Source of the DNA: the human T2T-CHM13v2.0 reference genome, Homo sapiens
Reading direction: 5' to 3' (one strand)
Assembly: GCF_009914755.1 (NCBI RefSeq)
Contig: NC_060934.1
Length of the DNA: 64,000 nt
In this document: positions 53,646 through 64,000 of the stretch, piece by piece
Layout: the number at the start of each line of letters is the position of its first letter
How positions within the stretch are numbered: the stretch's first letter is position 1
The notes under the pieces: generated by a model
Told to the model about the DNA's origin: nothing
The model's database searches: none
What the model saw: only the letters and a program-made list of their open reading frames with translations
Position numbers and translations under genes: made by a program

Positions 53646-54479
53646 ACCTTTCCCTGAATGCGCAGAACTTCACCTTCTCAGCCCCTACTCTATATTTCAA
53701 CATCCCAGCCCAGCTGATACCTTTCTTTGGAGACTGCCATCATGTCTGAACTCCCTTGCCCCAAAGCCTTCACACGTGTCTTCTTGGTAGCCAGATAGAA
53801 GTTCTTTCTGTCTGAGAACTTCCAATAGTAATGTTTATGGCAAGTGACTTCTGGATTCCTCCCTCAGGAACAGTCCTGGGAAAATCTCAAGGGAAATTGA
53901 GTGCACAGTTGACATTTACATTGAAATTCAGATTTCTACTTCTTCTAAAACCATAGTCCCAAGGGGTTCTTAATCCATAGAAAAGAACTTGGGAAGCAAA
54001 AGGGGAAAAAAGCGCTTTTGATGGAAGAGGGGAATGAGCTGGTTCTAGGTGAAAGCACTTCTGGTAAAGTAGCAAATAGACCCACTGGTGTGGGGGCACA
54101 GAGCTTTAGACAAATGGAAGTGGGTGCATTCTGAATGCTTGTCTTTTTAGCATAAATGCATGATGATTGGCTGCATTCAGTTTATCTTTTTAGTGACTTC
54201 AAAGCCAAGTGCAGAAAAAAATACACTATCAAAGCAAAAAAGGCCAAAGGGTGTTGGTGCACAAATTTAATACTGGGAGAATGAGTAATTTTTTCTTTAT
54301 TTGTTTTTTTTTTTCTGATATGAAAAAAATGAAAGACTTTCTATTCCAGGTACGAGTCTTGAACTCTCTTTGGTAAGAGACCATCACTTTCTAGGCAAGT
54401 TGGACCCTCCGTTAAGCTAGAAGTTCTATGTGTTGGTCTGTTGATCAGTATGTCTGGTGAGAAGGAAGGATCTGGGGGA

Positions 54480-54650
54480 AGCAGCTCCAGACCCAGGACC
54501 CAGGTCTAAATTCCTTGTCCTCCACTTTTACATGGCCTTGGGTGGGTTGCTGATAGTCTTAGCCTCAGTTTCCACATCTCTGAAATGGGCAGAATAATAG
54601 TTGCCTTGAAGTGACAGTGTGGAGCTGTGTATAAAAGCCCAGGATAGATG
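54480..54650 (+). mobile_element. MIR
   Basis: 'ttagcctcagtttccacatctctgaaatgggcagaataatagttgcct'. Confidence 0.65.
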
Positions 54651-54814
54651 CTCAGGAAATGTTGTCCTTTCTCTCATCTTCCTCTTTTCCCTCCCTTCCT
54701 TCTTTCCTCCCTCCCTTTTTGGAGTATGTTTTCAGAGGAGGAAGCATGGGGGAGAATAGTAAATTATTTGAAGATCTGGGGAAACAGGAAAGCTTGAACA
54801 ACTGAAAAATGTTT

Positions 54815-54965
54815 CTTGCAGTGTGGTTGCAGGACACTCCTTTCCGAGGTACCCGAAGTGCTTGTGTCAAATGCAGGGTTCTTAAACCAAGCCCTGGGGG
54901 CATGCCTTGGGAATCTGTATTTTAAAGTGACAGGTATCCCAGACACTGTTGAGTGCTTACAAATG
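54815..54965. mobile_element. MER5-family DNA transposon relic
   Basis: 'gtgcttgtgtcaaatgcagggttct...gccttgggaatctgtattttaaa'. Confidence 0.5.
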
Positions 54966-55202
54966 GCCATTGCCTTTCTTTCTTCAGACAGAGTCCTAGT
55001 TTTGTCCACTCCTCCTGACAAAAAAAGAAACTCAAAGGTAAATCCTGATTGGTCAAAACAGATCAATAATCCCCTAGACCCCCTGCCAGTGCCGGTTTAG
55101 TGAAGGGCCAGAGACCCAGTCCAGACCACTGAAATGTGAGAGAATGTCTGCTCTGCGCAGCGGGGGGTTGCGGGGCAGGCTTCTTTGTTCTTTGAAAATC
55201 AC

Positions 55203-55596
55203 TGCTGTGGTTTAAATGTTTGTGTCCCCTCCAAATTCATGTTGAAATGTAAATCTCAATGCAGTGTTATTAAGAGGTGATTAGGCCATGATTAAGAGGA
55301 TTAGACCATCCTTGTAAATAAATTAATGCCCTTATAAAGGAGGCTTCATACTTCATTCACTCCTTTTTGACCTTTCATCTCTTCTGCCCTGTAAGGACAC
55401 AGCATTTGTCTCCTCCAGAGGATACAGCACCAAGGCGCCATCTTGGAAGTAGACTGGAGCTCTTAGCAGACCAGAACCTGTGGGTGTGTTGATCTTGTAC
55501 TTCCTGACCTCCAGAACTGTGAGAAATGCATTTCTGTTGTTTATAAGTTGCCCAGTCTCAGGTATTTTGTTACAGCATCACAAACAGACTAAGACA
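55203..55596 (+). mobile_element. MaLR solo LTR (MSTD/MLT1A1-like)
   Basis: tgctgtggtttaaatgtttgtgtcccctccaaattcatgttgaaa...cagactaagaca; near-TSD atcac / atctc. Confidence 0.88.
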
Positions 55597-55740
55597 ATCT
55601 CCTAGAGGAGAAATCCTCTCTTCCACTACATGCATTGTGTCTGTGTATGGTAGCTGGAGCTGGAGCAGCCACGCTGCAACCCAGGGGCCAGCCAAGGGCA
55701 AGGCTGAGAGTGTTATCACTGATGTGTCAGGTGGTTCTTT

Positions 55741-56363
55741 GTTGTTTTGAGAAAGAACTTTAATTGAGATAATTTATGTAACATAAAATTTACTGTTTTA
55801 CAGTGTACAATTCAGTGACTTTATTTGGTATATTCACAATGTTTGGCAACCATCACTACTATCTAATTCCAGAACATTTATATCACTCTGAAAAGAAACC
55901 CGTATCTATTATTAATTATTCTTAATTTTTCCCTTCTCCAGCCACTGGCAACCATTCACCTGCTTTCTATCTCTATGGACTTGCCTATTCTAGACATTTC
56001 ATACAAATGGAATCATGCAATATGTGATCTTTTGTGTCTGCCTTCTTTCGCTTAGCATCATGTTAATAAGGTTCATCCACATTGTGGCATGTCAGGATTT
56101 CATTACTTTTGGTAGGTGCATAATATTCCATTGCATGAGTGTATATGTGTGTGTGTACATATATGTGCATATATATATACACATACATACATGCATATAT
56201 ATATACACATATATAAATACATACACACCACATTCATCTATTCATCAGTTAATGGACATTTGGGTGGTTTACACATTTTGGCTACTATAAATAATGCTGC
56301 TAGGCACATTTGTATAGAAGTTTTTGTGAGGACATATGTCTTCCTTTCTTTTGGGTATATACA
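55741..56363 (-). mobile_element. 5'-truncated old L1 (L1MB-like) with intact TSD
   Basis: L1MB 3' end sequence; perfect 14-bp TSD tcaggtggttcttt (55727-55740 / 56364-56377); internal (TA/CA) microsatellite at about 56139-56228. Confidence 0.9.
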
Positions 56364-56389
56364 TCAGGTGGTTCTTTTACTTCTAAATT

Positions 56390-56680
56390 TGAGTGGTCTG
56401 GCAGAATGGTTCAGAGGTAAACCATGGAGTTTGACCGTTGGGAACAATTCCTGGCTTTTGCACTTACTGGCTGGGAGACTTTGGGCTACTGTTTACTACT
56501 GGTTACTGCCCCCTCTTCCCACCCGCTGTGCCTTGATTCTTCATCTGTCAGATAGTGATGAGAAATACATTGTTGCCACAGGATCACAGTGAGGATTAAA
56601 TGAGTTAATCTATTAATATTCCTTAAAACCCTGCGTGGCACATAATAGGTGCCCAGTGAATGTTAGCTGTTGTTATTAAT
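56390..56680 (+). mobile_element. MIR
   Basis: 'gtgaggattaaatgagttaat...cgtggcacataataggtgcccagtgaatgttagctgttgttatt'. Confidence 0.8.
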
Positions 56681-57599
56681 GCTATACCCACACGCCAGAA
56701 GGAGCTCACCGCAGACTCTCTTGCTGAATTTATTCTTACCTTCTGGGGAGCCAAGGTCAGAGTTAGAAATTCTTCTTTAAAAACACCAGCGTCATCTCCA
56801 CTGGCCCCTTATAATGGTCCAAAGATGAAATGCACACTGGTCAAACCAGAAAAGTGGCCAGTAGCACCTCCCAGTTTCTTCATTTTCTTCACTTTGGGAT
56901 AATTATTGAAAATACAAGCTTGTTCTTTCTGTAAAAAACTCACGCCTAATCTGCTTCACTGTTTAGTGGCTGAAATTATTGCAAGGTTTGTGTTCATTTT
57001 TGGGTCATAACCTCTTATCACATTTCCCTGGACTTCTCTATATGTGTGATGTCTTTTCAGCTTCTTGTGTGCAAAGGTCAGCATTTTAAAGACTAGCAAT
57101 GGCACAATTCCCTCCCTCCCCTCTCCACCCTGAATGCCAACCAGCATGAAGGCTCATCTGCCTTTAATTCTGCAGCTTAGTCACGGCCTCGAGTGAGAAA
57201 TACGAGACTAAGCTATGGCCTTGGGAGTGGGCCACAGTCCTCTGTTTCAAGCATTCACCAAATTTCATAATTAATGTGTTATAATTAATAACTAGCATTG
57301 CCCCAGCTTGAGCTGAAATTCATATACTAGTCCCAGAGGGCACATGCATCTCAGCAGAGCTACAGTTCCTGGGCCCATAGTTCAAGACATCCTTAGTGTT
57401 AATGAAGAGCCTCCTTGCACAGGCCTGGAACCCTGAGGCTGGGAGGGGATTTGATTTAGCCACATTAGGGGTGTGTGCCTGAGAGGACTCACTCGCATTT
57501 CTAACTGGCCTTTGCAAACACCTTTTGAAGACTTGATGCACTCCAACAAGAGGACCCCAAACCTCATTTCACAGCTCTGGGTCTGCGTCTGTAAGTTTA

Positions 57600-57840
57600 T
57601 GTGGGCAGTGTTGTTAAGAACCCAGGCCCCGGAATCAAATGGAGGTAGATGCAGATCCTGCCTCCCTGCTTTTTGCTGTGTGATCACGGGCAAATCCGTT
57701 CACCTCTCTGAGCCTTAGTGTCTTCACCTGTAAAATAGGAGAGAAAACACAACCGCAGCCAGTTGTTTTGTGGATCAAACAGAGCAATAGAAAGCACTTT
57801 GGAGAGTCCCTTGGTCAGTTCTCAACAAAGATTAGTGGCT
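57600..57840 (+). mobile_element. MIR
   Basis: 'tgctgtgtgatcacgggcaaatccgttcacctctctgagccttagtgtcttcacctgtaaaatagg'. Confidence 0.8.
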
Positions 57841-58229
57841 GTCACTGCCATCCTCTTCTTCGTCATCACCCTGGTTGTCTCCTAGTGGCTCACACTCCGC
57901 CTGCCCTCCCTCAGCTCACCATCCTGCATCCTTCAAGTCTGCTCCTACCCCTCTGTTTTCTCATAATAACATCACTGATTCTCTGCCCTAGAAGGGAGCT
58001 GACAAGTATTCCCGACTTGTCCTGTCCCTCACCATGCTCAGGACCAGGAATGGAAGTGCAGCTGAATTTCTTCAACCTGGAAACCAGGGATGAGTGTGCT
58101 TCCTCTGGCTGCGAGGAAGAACCCTTAGAGGGGTAGGAGGGAGGAGGAGAGCGTTGGCACAGCTTTGGCTGATAAAGGGATGGGTTGGGCCGAAAGGTAA
58201 ACAGGAGAAGTAGGATGTAAAAGGAATGG

Positions 58230-58745
58230 TAAAAAGTCAGCCAAATCGAGCGAACTTCAGCTGAGGTCCTGATCTCTGCCCAGATCGGCCGCCCCAGCTG
58301 GTGCTCTCACTCCTCCAGGGCCTCCCGCCACCCCTGCTGCTTAGCACATGTCTACAGTTCAGTGGACAGGCAGTGATGGGCCTGCCCGACTTTGCCCAAG
58401 CTCTGGGGTCCAGTGCTCATTATCCCTGTTTACCCATTCGGGTCCGGAATGAAACCCCTCGCCGCTGCTGGCTTCCTACAAATTCCAGTGTTTTGTTTAA
58501 GGGGAAGAAATGGATCCAGATCTTACTACGGGCTTTCCTTGCTCTGTCAACTACAAAATAAATTAGACGGGTCAAACGTTGTAGATTTAATCTCACTGTG
58601 AACTGAAAACATAGTCGCTCTCCTTGCCATCAGAGAATATGCGAGCGCTCGGTGACCCCCTGGTGAACCGGAGGGGCCAGGCCTGCCGGCAGGTGCAGCT
58701 GGAGCAGTCTCAATGTGACATTCACCGCGATCCTTTGTGCCCTGC
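58230..58745. promoter_or_regulatory. CpG-retaining non-repeat patch with a CTCF-like motif
   Basis: CpG density is clearly above the window background; minus-strand CACCAGGGGGTCAC at 58652-58665. Confidence 0.4.
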
Positions 58746-59546
58746 TGAGAACTGCTGGGGAGTGTTTGGAACCGAATACTCAAGGGCTTTCCCTCACCGT
58801 CTCACAATTACCTGTGCAAGGTACAAAAAAGGAAGAAATTGAGAGAGAGACAAGAGGAGGAGAAGGGGGAGCGGCTAAGGGAGAAGGGGGAGGATTCTCC
58901 AGTGGTTCGGAGGAGGCCATGGTGGTTCCAGTTAAAGGCAGAGATTGGCATAGGAGCCAATGGGATAGCAACGGGTGATGGAAACAGTGTTTGATAGAAA
59001 CAGATGGCTCTCCACTCTCCGGCAACACACAGGGCTGCATGCCTCGTCCGCTGGTTTGGAGAACAGGCTGGGGAGAGACCCTGCACGTGTGGGCAGTCAA
59101 GGAGGGCATTGGCTTGGTGAGGACAGGCCTGGTGAGCCTCATGGGTTGAGGGCACCTGCGAGCTGTCAGCTGCTTCCCAGTGGGCTAGCTGCAGTGATTT
59201 GGTGCACCTGTCTGGGACAGCGAGTGTGTTGAGGCACTTTATCCTTCATCGGCTCTTCCTGTGGGATAAGGCGTGGAGCTGAGGACACCCTTCCCCCACC
59301 CTTGACAGTCATTCCACAAGTGATCCTTAGAAGGTGTCCCCTTCAGGTGTCTGAACAGGGATGTCTGCTCGGGCTGGCATTTGGGAAGGCCACTGAGGAT
59401 TCAAAGCATTGTTATGAACTGGCCTGTGCCCAGTTTGATTCTGACCAGGCAAGACTCTTCCATGGGGAGAGGAGATAGTGACAGAGATAAAGCCTTCTTT
59501 GGATCTTGGCAAAGGCCAGGGCTTAAGACACTCGAGGTCCAAGGCT

Positions 59547-59846
<300 letters not shown>

Positions 59847-60179
59847 GGTCCAAGGCTACATCAACTGTCAGGGGTGGGGTGAAATGCTTAGGGCTTGCAT
59901 GAGTCATAGAATTGGGAGAGAAAGGACTAGAGCACGTTAGAGGTCCACTTTGGGAAGTCACTGGGAAGGCCTGACCCCCTATTGTCTCTTTTGCTCATGC
60001 ACCAGTGCCTTTGCAGTGTTGACAGCAGGCGCAGCTGACGCCCATGTATTGGTTGTGCCTGAAATCCCACCATTGTGGGAGATTCGATGGCAGAGAGGAG
60101 GAGAGCATGGGGCCGTAGGTCTTACCTGTGTGGCATCTCCAACCAGGTAGCAACCTATGAAGTCAGGCCCCAGGCTTAG

Positions 60180-60504
<325 letters not shown>

Positions 60505-62853
60505 GAAAAGTTGTATTTTTATAGGATTTCCCAGAAGACCGAGGAAACCTCCTGTAATGCAGCACACTGCAGCCTCTCTTGATATTTGAGTTAAGCCCAG
60601 AGGGAAGGAGAGGGAAGAGGGTCCAGTCTAGGGCAAGAGGAGATCCCTTGGGAGTCTCTTAGCTCCTCTTGGGGAGCTATGTCACAGGCTCATTCGGCAA
60701 AAGCACTCACTGTGTGCCAGGCTCCATGCTGGGCTCGGGGAGCCTGAGGCCAATCGGACCTGCTCTGGCTTTAGAAGGGCTCCTGAACAATTAGTAGTAT
60801 TGATAGCCTTGGAGCATTTTTGGCAAACTTGCTGAACCTCTCCTTGACCATGAACCACCCTCGCAACCAGAGGAGAACAGAGGAGCCTCGGTTGGGTGGG
60901 GGTGAATGACCTACTGCTCTGAGTCACTCAGCACAAAGATGGATCCACTGGCCACCCAACCCAGAGCCTGAGGGCAGCCACCTGTGCAGACAGCGTGGGT
61001 CCCCAGCTCCATCATTAGCAATCTGGGCTAAACCCTTCTCATCATCTGAGCCCAGTTTCCACCCAGGGGCCATGACTCAGAGCCATCTCGGGACACCAGC
61101 CCTGACACCTGAGTCAGTCTGACTCTGTGGCTGTGGGACTGCCCCTGTAGCCATCCCCAAACCCTTAGGAAGTCTGGAGGGTGATTGGGCTGTTCTGACA
61201 CTTGGGACCAGCTCTCCAGCCTGCCACCTAAGTCCCAGGCATGGCTGGAGGCCCAAGGCTCCTGCACGTGCTTCTTCTCTTTGGTATCACAAGAGCAGTA
61301 CGAGGATTCACTTCCCAGTGACCTCTCCACTTTCAGATTCAAAAGGGCACCCTCTGAAAACTCCTCCAACCCAGGAAGAAGATGATGGCTGCCAAGGTGG
61401 ATGCAGGAGGGGTCGTTCAGACAAGGTCCTAAGTTATCCTTGTCTCTCTCCTGCCCATGGATGGTCCTTGGCCTCTGCTAGGAGGCACATCCCAGTGCCT
61501 TTAAGGGCAGAGGGTGAGGGCTCTGTGGCCCCTCCTACTTCCAGAATCTCTGGGCTCACACATCTTCCTGGGTTGGGTCAGGGGCCAGAATGCATGTGCT
61601 GTGGAGACAGCGACCTGGCCTGTTTTGCTTTCCACTTCCCCTGGTGCCTGGCACAAAACTGAGGCTGTCTGATGGCCAACACTGCATCTTCCTTGCCAGG
61701 ATTAGGGGTGAAGAAGGTGGTGCTGGTTGGAGTGGTCCTCTCCTCCTTGCCCACACAAATAGTGAGGAGGCAGCCTTCTCTCCTGGCCTAATCCTGGCTG
61801 GTCATTCACAACGCACAGGTGTATTCACCTTGTCCTGGAGGCTCTGCGAAGCTGCCATCATCTTCATTGGGCTTTTCTTCTTGGCTCTGGCTATTGGAGG
61901 TCCCCAGCCTTTTTTCTAGGCACAGGGACAGAGTTCCCATCTGAGGACTCACCAACTTCCTCTGTGGGCAACTGATATGAAAGGAATTCAGGGTCTGTGG
62001 GCAGAGTTTCCATTAAGTGTTGTTTTCATTCTCACCAAACCCATCTCGGCATCTTTGTAGCACTCAAGAAAAATGGAAACCACTAATTTCCCTGGCAGCA
62101 GATAAGACCAATGAGTTATAGAATTTGGTCATTCCCGCAAGAAAGGTTTGGAAGAATTGCTTGGGAGGCTCAGGGAGGGAGAGGAGCCATCTGACTGGAG
62201 GCATCTGGAAGAATTTCATGGATATACTTGAGAAGACCCTTGTGGGACAGGTGGGGTCCGCAGGTGCAGTGAAAGGCAGGCCACCTCTGTGGAGGCTACA
62301 GCCTGGGAACAAGCTGTGTTCAGGGAGCAGCCTGTTGTTCCATTTGGGACCACAGCCAGGGTGTAGAGAGATGTTGGAGTGACCATTCTGGCCTTGCAGT
62401 CCTTGTGCAGTGACAGGCAGGAAGCAAAGAATGAACTCTGTGGGAAATTATGGAATAAAAAGGGGTCTGCATGCAAATTGTGGGCAGCATCAATGCCAGG
62501 GTCAGAAGGAGTTAAAAGCCGGCCTCTCCTAATTTTCCTGCTCGTAGGAAGCCATCTGAGATCTCTGAGGCTGATGGGCATTCTGCTTTAGGAAAATTAA
62601 TCAAAAGTGAGTACTCTATGTCTTCTGGTCAACTTGAATTCTTTGTGGAGACAACTTAGTTGAGATGACTCCTCCTGGAATTCTTGGTTCTTGGGCCTCA
62701 GCACTGTTTCCTCTTCCACAATTATTCTCTTGACATCTTGGAATTTAGAATGTATTAAGACATGCCGCTCATTCCCAGTCCTCCTCCCCCCACCACTCTG
62801 TGCAGATCTGGGGCTAACGGGACTGTGGACCTCCTTTAAGGAAAGGTGCAGAC

Positions 62854-63082
62854 CAAGGATCAGCCCCCACATTTTTTTTTTTTCTATAAAGGGCAGATAG
62901 TAAATAATTGAAGCTCTGTGGGCCATACAGTTTCCGCCTTTACTACTCAACTCTGCCACTGCAGTGGGAAAGCAGCCATAAACAATACATGAATGAATGA
63001 GCGTGGCTGGCTTCCAGCATAACTTTATTTATAAAAACAGCTGGTGAGCTGTATTTGGCCCGCCTCTCATAGCCTGACGACT
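62854..63082. mobile_element. MER58A-like hAT-Charlie DNA transposon
   Basis: 'ttttctataaagggcagatagtaaata...tgtgggccatacagt...tactcaactctgccactgcagt...aaagcagccataaacaatac...ctttatttataaaaacag...tttggcccgc'. Confidence 0.85.
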
Positions 63083-64000
63083 GTTAGTGTAGACAGTCAA
63101 ACGGCTTGGGTCCCAACTGTCTTTTCAAGCCACCTTGCCTCTTGGCTCCTACACAGGCCTGTCTTGCTGCTGAGATTCAGAGAGGGGGCTAATGCTGGCT
63201 TCGCCTGTCCCCAGAGGGGTGTCAAACCTGATGATGCCACCTTGACAACCATATTGACTTGGTCCAAGCACACAGACTGTTTGAGGAGTGTAATAGAATG
63301 CAGAAATATGCCCAGAAACGTTGACTTTAAGGGCACATGTAAGTGGGCCTGGAGTTTCCATAACAGGGCCAGCACCTCCTGGTCCAACTTCTCATCATTT
63401 CACAAAAGGCCATTTGTCAGAAATTCCTTCAGTGTCCACTGTTGACATTGCTGTCACTCTCTACTGGCGAGTCCCTATCACTGATGTGACGGACAGTTTA
63501 AAACATGCTTAGAACGGCTGTCAGCCATCCTTTTGAGAAAAGCCCACCAGGACCCGATTAAAAACAGAGCTTGTAGCTGAAGCCGTTCTTGCCTTGATGA
63601 CACATAGTAAGTGGCAGGTAATCCTCCTCCTAATCTCCTCACTGCCCCACAAGGCTTATGGTAACTGATATCCCTGTGAATGCCACGGAGTCTGATTGAG
63701 TTACCTGGAGAGGCCAGGGCTTCTTCCTGCCCCTTTCCTAATGGAATGTATTTAGATAAAGGCACCTTGAAGTTGGCCACAGTCTCCTGAGATGTTGCTC
63801 TAAAGGGAAAATTTGATTTCCCCTAAGCTGCAGCCGATATTACTTTTTTATTTTCCCTGAAGCATTTCACCCAACATGCCTCGCCTGGCCATTGCACACC
63901 TGTCTACAATTACAGCCAGGGGGTGGGGCAGGGAGGACCCCTGGGGCTTAACTGCTTCCTATTGTGGCTGCAGCCTTTGATTCCAGGGTCAAAGCAACCC

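Overview
This window is primate (most likely human) non-coding genomic DNA, not microbial DNA. It carries 11 Alu elements of the J, S and Y types, L1 3' fragments, MaLR/ERVL solo LTRs, MIR, L2 and CR1/L3 relics, hAT-family DNA-transposon relics and several microsatellites. I see no credible protein-coding exon, RNA gene, CRISPR array or CpG island; the ORF track is explained by chance ORFs, Alu/L1 sequence and low-complexity repeats. Between the repeats lie several repeat-free, AT-rich, homeodomain-motif-dense blocks (about 6.4-8.0, 17.2-18.1, 24.1-24.8, 28.4-29.5, 37.1-37.8, 46.5-46.9 and 51.1-52.3 kb). They look like conserved enhancers of a gene desert or large intron near a developmental regulator, which is an inference that needs alignment. 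The most unexpected structure is a patchy inverted duplication of about 150 bp (22213-22363 vs 23223-23357) that I cannot assign to a repeat family; it brackets a CTCF-like site. I found no evidence for a new gene system. Repeat subfamily names come from recalled consensus sequences, and boundaries without a target-site duplication (TSD) are approximate.
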